Positions 17,108-26,000 of a stretch of 64,000 nucleotides of DNA are shown in pieces. The notes under the pieces are model-generated. The model had not been told where the DNA came from. It ran no database searches and saw only the letters and a list, made by a program, of their open reading frames with translations. This stretch comes from an uncultured Lachnospiraceae bacterium (GTDB taxonomy: Bacteria; Bacillota; Clostridia; Lachnospirales; CAG-274), in NCBI GenBank assembly GCA_964526435.1, contig CAZGIC010000002.1:633-64632 (forward strand), written 5' to 3'. A program made the position numbers and the translations under genes. Positions within the stretch are counted from its first letter, which is position 1; the number at the start of each line of letters is the position of its first letter.

Positions 17108-20100
17108 ATGAAGAAAGGCTTAAAAAGAATTTTAAGCACAGTATTGGCTTCTGCTATGCTCTTTTCAAGTATGACAGTTGTTAATACAAGTTCTGTATTT
17201 GCAGCAGGTACAATAACTGCAGAAAGTGTAGGCTGGCATGAAACTGCATATACAGAGTGGCTTCCTGTGGAAGGAGCGGATTCATACGAAGCTTATGTTA
17301 AAAAGACATCAGACAGTGAGTATACTAAACTTGATGATGAACTTGTGCGTGAGTATGATACTTTTGTTCGTGCTGATGCTCTTGGTCTTGCCAAAGGTAC
17401 ATACAATATGAAAATTGTGGCACTTAACAGCTCCGGTGTTGAAATTGCCTCATATGAGTCAGGTGCAATTACTGTTGACAATTATATAAGAGACGGTTTT
17501 GCCTTTTCCGATAACGGAAGCAGTTCCGGTGCTTATAATGACGACGGTACATTAAAGGATGAAGCGGTAGTAATTTATGTAACTGATGAAAATAAAGACA
17601 CTATTACAATGGATATAACTACAAGTAATAAAGGAGCTACAACAGCCTGTACCGGTCTTGGAGAAATTATAAAGGCTCTTGAAAAAGGTTATGAAACAAC
17701 TCCATTGGATTTCAGATTTATTGGTCAGGTTTCATGTCCTGATTCAACACAGAGTTTGAATCAGCTCGATGTTAAAAAGGCAGAATGTCCTATTACATTT
17801 GAAGGTGTGGGAAATGATGCTTTTGCTTTATTTGGATTTAACCTTGTGTCTGCAAATAATGTTGAAATCAGAAATTTAGGTTTCAAGGATATGACAACAA
17901 AGGATGAAGACGGTGTAACAATAAAGAGCCAGAGTAAAAGAATCTGGGTTCACAACTGTGACTTCTTCTACGGCGGTCAGGGTAGTGACAGTGATCAGGC
18001 AAAGGGTGACGGTTCAGTTGACTTAAAGAACACATCAACAAAGATCACTATTTCTGATAACCATTACTGGGATTCAGGAAAAGTTAATCTTTGCGGTCTT
18101 AGTGAAAGTACAGATTATGAAATTTCATATGCAAGAAACTGGTTTGACCATTCAGACTCAAGACATCCAAGAGTAAGAACAGGTTCAATTCATGTATATA
18201 ATAACTATTATGACGGTGTTTCTAAATATGGTGTAGGTGCTTGTACAGGTTCTTCAGTATTTGTAGAAGGCAACTACTTCAGAAACACATCTAAGCCTGT
18301 TATGAGTTCAAAACAGGGTACAGATGCTCAGGGCAGCGGTACTTTCTCAGGTGAAGCAGGCGGTATTATAAAGATGTATGACAACATAATGACAGGTACA
18401 TACACATTTATAGAAGCTAATAACGGTGACGGTACATATAATCAGGATTCAGACGGATACACTGTATCAAGCAGAGATGAAACAGTTCCATCAGGACTTA
18501 CAACTGTTAAGGGCGATACTTCATACAACAACTTTGATACAGAAAGAGATCTTGGTGTAGACGCATCAGGTGTTCTGGCTGCATCAGACGTTCCAGCATA
18601 TGTAACTGCAAATGCAGGACGTATTGACGGCGGTAACTTCATGTATATATTTGATGATGCAACTGAAGATTCAAATTACGATGTTATAGATGAAATGACA
18701 GATGCACTTGCCGATTATACATATGGTGCAAATACTGCTTATGTAAGCAGTATGAGTGCAACAGGTATAGACGACAATACTTTCTATACTGCAAGAGCAA
18801 CAGCTTACGAAAAGCATACTACATTACCTACAGAAACAGAAACAGATGGCAACAGTGCAACAGGCGGCGGTTCAGTTTCTGGCAGTGCTGACCTTGTATT
18901 AAATTACAGTGATGTAAGCACAGGTACATATTCATCAACTGTTACAGACTTGGGAACAGACGGTGCATTTGCAATTTATGCAACTTCTGGCAAGACTGTT
19001 ACAGTAAGCTCTTCTAAGGGTATCCAGCTTGGCGGTGCCGGAAGTGTTACTGATATGTACAGACTTATAAGTGTAACTGTAAGTGAAGCTGGTACAATTT
19101 ATGTAACATCTTCATCAACAGGCAGTGATACAAGAACTCTTAATATTGCAGATGAAGAAGGAAATATAATAGGTACAATCAGTACAGGTTCATCATCCGG
19201 TGTTGAACTTCCTTCAGCAGGAACATATTACATTTACTCAGCAGGTAGTGGTATAAACGTAACTAAGGTTTCAGTTTACTACAATGATGATTCAGATGAT
19301 GATGATACAGAAACAACTACTTCTTCAGGATCTTCATCAGGCAGCGGAGATGCCACAACTTCAACCACAACAGAAACAACAACTTCAACAACAACAGAAG
19401 CAACAACAGAAGCAACTACTTCTTCAGGTGCAGAATCATCTACAGAAGCAACAACAGAAACTACAACTGAAACAGTTACAGAAGCTCCTACTGAATCAAC
19501 TACATCAACAGTTGTTGTTCCTGATGACGGATATGCAGCAGAAGGTACATATATGTTAGGTCAGAATGCATCAGGCGGAGACTTTAACATTACAACCAAG
19601 ACTGCAACAGAAGGAAATGTATACTTCAAGATGAGTAATATTCAGTCTAATGCAGGAAGAATAAAGACCGAAGAAGATGGATATTACATTTCATTTGAAT
19701 TAGACAGAGATGCATATATCACTATTAATGTAACAAATCAGAGAGATCCGGCACAGATAAGAGAATATGGCGAAACAACTATAGCTGGCATTTATCCGGC
19801 AAATGCTGTAACAACTTGTCTGATTCCTGCAGGAAGTTATGTTATAGAGTATTATGAAGATCCTAATTTGGATGAGGACAGCAGCAGCCAGGGAGTTACA
19901 GAAATTGCATCTATAGTGATTTCATACTCAGTAAGTTCTTCAGATGATGATTCATCTTCAACAACTACAACAGAAACTACAACTGAAATAACTACAGAAA
20001 CTACAACTGAAACCACAACTTCAGGTGATACAGGTTCAGGCAGTGATTCAGAAGATTATAAGATAATAACTTCTGATACAGAATTATCAGCTGATAATTT

Positions 20101-20647
20101 TGATAATAATGAATACTTTGCTGCAAGTGATTCAACAAATGTATATAAGCATTCAACAAATGGTTGTATTCGTTTAAAGTCTGCAGGAACAATAACATTT
20201 AAAATTGCTGCAGGAGCTACAGTTAAAATTACAGCTTCAGGAGCAAATGCAGATGACTCAACAAGAACACTTACTTTGAGTAATGATTCCGGATATAGCA
20301 ATACAGTTACACTTAATAATAAGACAGATGGTGCTACAGAATCAACTTATGGTACAGATCTGGCAGCAGGTACATATACATTAAAGTCAAGCAATGATGT
20401 TGATATTACATCAATTAGTGTAACATTTACATCTGAATCTGAACCTACAGTTACAAAGGGTGATGCTAACGGTGACGGTTCTGTTACAATAGATGATGTT
20501 AAGCACATATTAAACTATGTAGTTGGTCTTATCAGCTCAGTTGTAAATGAAGAAGCAGCTGATGTAAATGAAGATGGTTCTGTAACTTCAAGAGATGCTT
20601 ACATTATTCAGTATTTCATTAAAAATGAAACATGGAAAACAGCTTAA
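17108..20647 (+). CDS. Secreted PL1 pectate lyase with three CBM-like modules and a C-terminal type I dockerin
   Basis: 1179 aa. AAGGAGG RBS, signal peptide and an Fn3-like module. PL1 core RIWVHNCDF..GDGSVDLK..ITISDNHYWDSGKVNLCG..NWFDHSDSRHPRVRTGSIHVYNNYY. Thr/Glu-rich linkers. Dockerin GDANGDGSVTIDDV..ADVNEDGSVTSRDA at nt ~20455-20625. Confidence 0.85.
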   Translation: MKKGLKRILSTVLASAMLFSSMTVVNTSSVFAAGTITAESVGWHETAYTEWLPVEGADSYEAYVKKTSDSEYTKLDDELVREYDTFVRADALGLAKGTYNMKIVALNSSGVEIASYESGAITVDNYIRDGFAFSDNGSSSGAYNDDGTLKDEAVVIYVTDENKDTITMDITTSNKGATTACTGLGEIIKALEKGYETTPLDFRFIGQVSCPDSTQSLNQLDVKKAECPITFEGVGNDAFALFGFNLVSANNVEIRNLGFKDMTTKDEDGVTIKSQSKRIWVHNCDFFYGGQGSDSDQAKGDGSVDLKNTSTKITISDNHYWDSGKVNLCGLSESTDYEISYARNWFDHSDSRHPRVRTGSIHVYNNYYDGVSKYGVGACTGSSVFVEGNYFRNTSKPVMSSKQGTDAQGSGTFSGEAGGIIKMYDNIMTGTYTFIEANNGDGTYNQDSDGYTVSSRDETVPSGLTTVKGDTSYNNFDTERDLGVDASGVLAASDVPAYVTANAGRIDGGNFMYIFDDATEDSNYDVIDEMTDALADYTYGANTAYVSSMSATGIDDNTFYTARATAYEKHTTLPTETETDGNSATGGGSVSGSADLVLNYSDVSTGTYSSTVTDLGTDGAFAIYATSGKTVTVSSSKGIQLGGAGSVTDMYRLISVTVSEAGTIYVTSSSTGSDTRTLNIADEEGNIIGTISTGSSSGVELPSAGTYYIYSAGSGINVTKVSVYYNDDSDDDDTETTTSSGSSSGSGDATTSTTTETTTSTTTEATTEATTSSGAESSTEATTETTTETVTEAPTESTTSTVVVPDDGYAAEGTYMLGQNASGGDFNITTKTATEGNVYFKMSNIQSNAGRIKTEEDGYYISFELDRDAYITINVTNQRDPAQIREYGETTIAGIYPANAVTTCLIPAGSYVIEYYEDPNLDEDSSSQGVTEIASIVISYSVSSSDDDSSSTTTTETTTEITTETTTETTTSGDTGSGSDSEDYKIITSDTELSADNFDNNEYFAASDSTNVYKHSTNGCIRLKSAGTITFKIAAGATVKITASGANADDSTRTLTLSNDSGYSNTVTLNNKTDGATESTYGTDLAAGTYTLKSSNDVDITSISVTFTSESEPTVTKGDANGDGSVTIDDVKHILNYVVGLISSVVNEEAADVNEDGSVTSRDAYIIQYFIKNETWKTA

Positions 20648-20680
20648 CTAAAATTTAGTTTAATTGGTTTTTATAAATAT

Positions 20681-20698
20681 CCCCTGCCCCGGCAGGGG
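20681..20698. other. GC-rich intercistronic hairpin without a T-run
   Basis: CCCCTGC-CCCG-GCAGGGG between the two PL1 genes. Confidence 0.45.
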
Positions 20699-20737
20699 AA
20701 TGGCTGAAATGTCAAATAATAAAGGAGGATATAAAAC

Positions 20738-23700
20738 ATGAAAAAGTGTTTTAAAAAAGCTCTAAGCGGTGTATTAGCCTCTGCTATGCTTTTTTCGTCA
20801 ATTGCTTTTGCACCTGTAAGTGCGTTTGCGGCAGGTTCAATTAGTGCTGGCGGATGGTTTGAGTCTATTTATGCCGAGATTTCCGGAATTAATGCAAGCG
20901 ATGTAACATCAGTATCTTGCACAGGTAATACAAATCTTGATCTTACTTCCTATGATATACAATATCTTGTAAGAGATAAAGATGGAAAAGTAAGAATTGA
21001 TGTTCCGGGACTTAATGCCGGAGATAATTACACAATAACCGTTACAACATCAGATGGTCAGACTTATAAACAAAGCGGAATTACTGTTTATGAATATGAC
21101 AGAGCTGGTTATGCTCATTACGATGCAGATAAGGATGGTGGTTCTTCAGCAGAAGGTATAGGTGGTTATAAAGATAACGGTGAATTAAAGGATAATGCAG
21201 TTGTTGTTTATGTAACTGAAGAAAATAAAAATACAGTTCAGATACCCGGTTTTGAAGGTGATGGGTACCCAATAGGTATCGGTAATATCCTTAATGAAAA
21301 ATCAACAGATGAGGGTGGTACAGGCGATGGTACAGGCAGAGTTTCAATGCTTGACTACCTTCGTCAAAATAACATTCCTCTTGTTGTAAGATTTGTAGGT
21401 ACAGTTACAGGCGGTACAGAGGATACAAATGATACTCCGCCTGATGAAAATATTTTAGGTCTTACAGAGTATGACGGTACAGGTAACGGCGGTACTGAAG
21501 GCGACAATGGTATGATGGCAAGAATGTATAAGGGCAGCAATATTACCATTGAAGGTATCGGTACTGATGCTGTTATTGACGGCTGGGGATTCCAGGTAAT
21601 AGCTCAGACTAATTATAACTGTGAAGGTTTTGAATTCAGAAATCTTCACTTTGTAGATACACCTGAAGATGCTATAGGTCTTGAAGGTACAAGTTCTTCA
21701 TCATCAAGTGCACCTACTACCGGAAAAGATTTTATTACATCACCTATTAAGTTTACATGGGTACACAACAATACCTTTGAAACGGGTTATTGTAGAAATC
21801 CTGCAGAGTCAGACAAGGCTGAAGGTGACGGTTCTGTAGACTTTAAGCGTGGATATGGTTATACAAATTCTTATAATCACTACAGAACAAACCATAAGAC
21901 AAACCTTATAGGTTCAAGTGATACAAGTATTCAGTATGATGTAACATTCCATCATAATTATTATGAGGGCGTATGGTCAAGACAGCCTCTTGCAAGACAG
22001 GCTAATATACATATTTACAACTCATACTTCTTAAATGGAGAAAATACTTCTTACATTATTTCTGCAAGAGCACATACTTATATCTTCTCAGAAGCTAATT
22101 TCTATGATGGATGCAAGAACCCTGTTAAAGAAACAAGAGGGGATTCAATTGTAAAGTCATTAAATGATAACTTTGCAGGCTGTACAGGAAATAATTTGGC
22201 AACTATTGTAAGCAGTAAGGAAGAAGATGTTTCTTCAGGCAGCTCTAACCCATATGCTAACTTTGAAAACAGCAGTGATATGTATGAATACACTGTAACA
22301 GATGCTGCACAGGCAAAGGCTGACTGTCTTGCAAAGGCGGGTATTATGAAGGAAGCTTCAGAAATCAATATGAATCCTGTACCAACATCTGTTATAGAGC
22401 AATATCCTGAAGAAATCCTTTCTCTTCCGTTTGAAGTAGACTTTACTGACAGTGATGTTGTTAATTCACTTACACAGAACGTGGTAAACGATTATTACGG
22501 AGCATTAATTACTCCAACATCTAAGCTTTCAACAAGTACAGGTATGAAGGCAAGAGATAATGCTATTGTATTTACTGTTAACACAGATGTTGATGTAACT
22601 GTAACAATTGGTTCAAAGAGCAGCTATGGTCTTGATATTATAAATGAAGTAGGTATTGCAGTATACCATGGTGACAGTGGTACAGTAACCACAACTCTTG
22701 AACCGGGTACATATATTATACGTTCAGGTAATGTTGAAAAGGATGTTTATATTGAATATGTTAAGATAGCTCAGCATGATCCTAACGGTACAACTGTAGA
22801 AGTATCTACACAGCCTACTACTGCTTCAACAGAAACCACAACAAATGGTGATGGAGATACAGAAACTACAACAAATGATTCATCAGGTTCAGACTCAGGT
22901 TCAGGAACAGTTACTGACGAAGGTTACATGATGCATGAAGATGGTTATGATAATGTTTTAGAGGTTGATGTGCCGGCATCTAATCCGTCTATGTATGAAT
23001 TCGTAGGTTCATATAAGAATGTATCAGCTACATATGGTAATATTACTTATGACAGAGGATATAAGATAGAGTCCAAGACATCTCTTTATATTGACGCACC
23101 TTGTGACGGTACTTTACAGCTTGTAACAGGAAATGCCTCAACCCTTAAGTTGGATGGTGTTGAATTCAATTTAACAAGTGGAGACGGTTTAACATTAACT
23201 GAAATATCTCTTACAGCAGGTGAGCATGAAATTACAAGAGGAGATAAGGAATGTTGGATTTACCTTTTAAATTTCATTCCTGATGATTCAGGAGATGATG
23301 ATACAGATGATTCATCTTCAACTACAACAACAGAAACAACTACAGAAACAACTACTGAAACAACAACTGAAACTCCTACAGAAGGAACAACAACAGCTCC
23401 TGTAGAAGGTGTTAATGTTTCAGTTGGCGATGTAAGTGTTAAGGTTGGCGAAACTGTTACAGTTCCTGTATATGTAACAGGTATGGATACAATTGGAAAC
23501 TTTGCTTTTGAATTAGCTTATGATGATACTAAGTTAACATTTGTAGAAGTTACTAACGGCAATATGATCAGTGGTGACACATTAACTTATAATGAGTCAG
23601 ATGGAGTAATTTCTGTAGCAGGTACAAATACAGATGCTCTTGGAAACGGCGATGTATTATTCTATGTAACATTCAAGGGACTTGCTGATGGTTCATCAAC

Positions 23701-25099
23701 TATTACATTAACAGTTAATGAATTAGGTACAAATGATTCAACAGAAGTTGATTATACTGTAGAAAACGGTTCTGTAACTGTTGCTACAGACAGCTCATCT
23801 ACTACACCTTCAACAGGTGTTAAGGGCGATGTAAACAAGGACGGTGTAGCTGATGCTGAAGATGCAGCTATTGTACTTAAGATAGCTTCAGGTATTATTA
23901 CTGAAGCTGAAGCAGCAGCAAAGGATTATGACCTTGATGCAGCTGACTATGATGAAGATGGAGAAATTACCGTTCTTGATGCAGTAGCTATTTTAAGAGG
24001 TTCACAGGATTCAGGAGAAACTACTGATGTAAGTTACTATGACTTTGAGGATAGTCCTTCTGTAACTCTTAATGGAACAAGCGGTATTACTTATACTGTA
24101 AGTACTTCAAATGATTCAACATCTGATGGAAATACTGCAACAGCTTCAATTGTGGATTATAATGAAAGCAAAGCTCTTTACCTTAATGATCAATCAGAAA
24201 CAGATACTGTTAAAGTAACTCTTCCTTTAACTGAAAAGAGTTCAGGTACAGTTACTTATACTATCGACATTACTCCTACAACAAATTCAGGAAGCTGGAC
24301 ATTAGTACAGCTGAACGGAGTAAAAGCTGATGGTACAACTGGTGAGGTTCTTGGTATAAGAACAGATAGTGACAAAGGATATGGCTTAAGAGTAAATGGT
24401 GGAAGCTCAGTTACTTCATCAGATGTATCAATAGCTGCAGATACAACTGCAACAATTACTATAGTTGTTGACTTTGACAATGACACGGCAACATTAAGTG
24501 TTAACGAAAGTGCTCCTGTTACAGTAACAGGTGTAGATGCTCAGTCAATTACATCAATGTCATTCCAGACAGCTACAGGTGCCAGAAGTCTTTATGTTGA
24601 TAATGCAGGCATTATTGCTGAAAGTACTTCAGAGGTAACTACTACTGAAACAACAACTACTACTACAGAAGAAGATACTGAAACAACTACTGATTCAGCT
24701 GTAGAACAAGTTAGTTCATGGACAGCTGGAGATAGCGATACTAGTTTTGTAAATGTAGGTTCAGCTACAGTTAGCAATAATTCTCGTAAAGTTTTCCAGA
24801 CAGAAAATGGTGGTATATTTGAAAAAGTTGTTACTATAAGTAAGGGTGGTAGTTTTACAATTACACCTGGAAAGGCAGGCACATTAAAGGTTTATGTTGC
24901 AACTAATGATTCATCAGCTAAGGGTACTTTGGAGCCAACATGGACAGATGAAACAGTTGCCGGCACTTACAGCTTACCTGGACGAGAGGATACAGATGCA
25001 GAGCCTTTTACAATAACAGTAGATGAAGCACATGCAAATGATACGCTTACATTTAATACAAGTCGTGAAATTCTGTTATTTAAGGCTGAAATTGAATAA
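20738..25099 (+). CDS. Secreted PL1 pectate lyase carrying an internal cohesin and an internal dockerin plus CBM-like/ConA-like modules
   Basis: 1453 aa. The N-terminus is paralogous to that of 17108-20647. PL1 core FTWVHNNTF..GDGSVDFK..NLIGSSD..HHNYYEGVWSRQPLARQANIHIYNSYF. Cohesin-like VSVGDVSVKVGETVTVPVYVTGMDTIGNFAFELAYDDTKLTFVEV at nt ~23411-23787. Dockerin GDVNKDGVADAEDA..DYDEDGEITVLDA at nt ~23815-24003. Confidence 0.85.
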   Translation: MKKCFKKALSGVLASAMLFSSIAFAPVSAFAAGSISAGGWFESIYAEISGINASDVTSVSCTGNTNLDLTSYDIQYLVRDKDGKVRIDVPGLNAGDNYTITVTTSDGQTYKQSGITVYEYDRAGYAHYDADKDGGSSAEGIGGYKDNGELKDNAVVVYVTEENKNTVQIPGFEGDGYPIGIGNILNEKSTDEGGTGDGTGRVSMLDYLRQNNIPLVVRFVGTVTGGTEDTNDTPPDENILGLTEYDGTGNGGTEGDNGMMARMYKGSNITIEGIGTDAVIDGWGFQVIAQTNYNCEGFEFRNLHFVDTPEDAIGLEGTSSSSSSAPTTGKDFITSPIKFTWVHNNTFETGYCRNPAESDKAEGDGSVDFKRGYGYTNSYNHYRTNHKTNLIGSSDTSIQYDVTFHHNYYEGVWSRQPLARQANIHIYNSYFLNGENTSYIISARAHTYIFSEANFYDGCKNPVKETRGDSIVKSLNDNFAGCTGNNLATIVSSKEEDVSSGSSNPYANFENSSDMYEYTVTDAAQAKADCLAKAGIMKEASEINMNPVPTSVIEQYPEEILSLPFEVDFTDSDVVNSLTQNVVNDYYGALITPTSKLSTSTGMKARDNAIVFTVNTDVDVTVTIGSKSSYGLDIINEVGIAVYHGDSGTVTTTLEPGTYIIRSGNVEKDVYIEYVKIAQHDPNGTTVEVSTQPTTASTETTTNGDGDTETTTNDSSGSDSGSGTVTDEGYMMHEDGYDNVLEVDVPASNPSMYEFVGSYKNVSATYGNITYDRGYKIESKTSLYIDAPCDGTLQLVTGNASTLKLDGVEFNLTSGDGLTLTEISLTAGEHEITRGDKECWIYLLNFIPDDSGDDDTDDSSSTTTTETTTETTTETTTETPTEGTTTAPVEGVNVSVGDVSVKVGETVTVPVYVTGMDTIGNFAFELAYDDTKLTFVEVTNGNMISGDTLTYNESDGVISVAGTNTDALGNGDVLFYVTFKGLADGSSTITLTVNELGTNDSTEVDYTVENGSVTVATDSSSTTPSTGVKGDVNKDGVADAEDAAIVLKIASGIITEAEAAAKDYDLDAADYDEDGEITVLDAVAILRGSQDSGETTDVSYYDFEDSPSVTLNGTSGITYTVSTSNDSTSDGNTATASIVDYNESKALYLNDQSETDTVKVTLPLTEKSSGTVTYTIDITPTTNSGSWTLVQLNGVKADGTTGEVLGIRTDSDKGYGLRVNGGSSVTSSDVSIAADTTATITIVVDFDNDTATLSVNESAPVTVTGVDAQSITSMSFQTATGARSLYVDNAGIIAESTSEVTTTETTTTTTEEDTETTTDSAVEQVSSWTAGDSDTSFVNVGSATVSNNSRKVFQTENGGIFEKVVTISKGGSFTITPGKAGTLKVYVATNDSSAKGTLEPTWTDETVAGTYSLPGREDTDAEPFTITVDEAHANDTLTFNTSREILLFKAEIE

Positions 25100-25112
25100 T
25101 TAATAAGGAAAA

Positions 25113-25146
25113 GTGTAAAATGTAGTAATCTTACTACATTTTACAC
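25113..25146 (+). other. Perfect 16-bp hairpin downstream of the 1453-aa gene (terminator or attenuator-like, no T-run)
   Basis: GTGTAAAATGTAGTAA-TC-TTACTACATTTTACAC. Confidence 0.5.
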
Positions 25147-25218
25147 CCTTGCAATTATTATGATTTTATTATATAATTAATTTATATAGTAAAATAAATT
25201 ACGAAGGGGGATTATAAA

Positions 25219-25974
25219 ATGAAGAAGTTATTCGGCACACTTGTTGCTGTAGGTGCTATGGCTCTTATGGCTGTGGGTGTACAAGCCGCTACATATTCAG
25301 CAACTGCAGGGGCAACTCCGGGAGAGGATGGTTATGCGGTTGTTGATGTACTTGTAACTCCTGGTGAGGATGGAACTGAATCAGTAAATGGCTATGTTAT
25401 GACTTTTACATATGATTCAAGCAAGGTTACACCGGCTGTTGTCGGAACTGATGCAATAGATGAAGATTGCTATGCCACTGTCGGAGAAGAATTTACAAAT
25501 GGTGTTTTAGTAGCAGGTGATGCTACTACTGATGAAAGTAGTACTACCAAAACATTAGCTGTTGCATGGGCAGGAGCTGATGCAGTTACAGTAAGCGAAG
25601 AAACTGCAATGGCATCTGTTGAATTTAAAGTTGTTGATGGTGCTACAGGTACAGCTGATATTCAGGTGGCTGTTGTAGCATTGACTAACGGTGGAGAGAA
25701 AATTGCTGATTCAAGTTCATATAGTGTAGCTTCTGGTACAATTACTCTTGATACTGAGGAAATTTTATATGGTGATATCAATGGGGATAAAGCTATAGAT
25801 TCATATGATGCAAGTTTGGCTTTACGTCACTACTCAACATCATTCTTGACTGATGATGAAATAGAAATTGGTGATGTTAATGATGATGGGGTTGTGGATT
25901 CATATGATGCTAGTTTAATTTTACAGCGTTACTCTGATGAATCTGTCATATTCCCAGTAGAGCAAAATAAGTAA
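25219..25974 (+). CDS. Small secreted cohesin-dockerin adaptor (scaffoldin-like)
   Basis: 251 aa with a signal peptide. The cohesin-like body carries GYVMTFTYDSSKVTP..LAVAWAG..ASVEFKVV. The C-terminal dockerin is GDINGDKAIDSYDASLALRH..GDVNDDGVVDSYDASLILQRY (nt ~25765-25940). Confidence 0.7.
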   Translation: MKKLFGTLVAVGAMALMAVGVQAATYSATAGATPGEDGYAVVDVLVTPGEDGTESVNGYVMTFTYDSSKVTPAVVGTDAIDEDCYATVGEEFTNGVLVAGDATTDESSTTKTLAVAWAGADAVTVSEETAMASVEFKVVDGATGTADIQVAVVALTNGGEKIADSSSYSVASGTITLDTEEILYGDINGDKAIDSYDASLALRHYSTSFLTDDEIEIGDVNDDGVVDSYDASLILQRYSDESVIFPVEQNK

Positions 25975-26000
25975 ATATTATAGAGAAAGAGGGTTTAAGA

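Noticed and set aside
16966-17184. 72-aa ORF overlapping the start of the first PL1 gene.
   Set aside because: It has no RBS and an unusual Leu/Ile/Tyr-rich composition. It overlaps the strong AAGGAGG-ATG start of the 1179-aa gene in another frame.
19284-19559. Gln-rich 91-aa ORF, and similar alternate-frame ORFs at 20001-20301, 24592-24882 and 60284-60622.
   Set aside because: These are alternate-frame or antisense readings of the Thr/Glu linker codons (ACA/ACT/GAA repeats) inside well-supported large genes.
19300-23400. Regularly repeated short units that could be mistaken for a CRISPR or satellite array.
   Set aside because: They are in-frame Thr/Glu/Ser linker codons within the lyase ORFs. 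There are no constant-length repeat-spacer units and no cas genes in the window.
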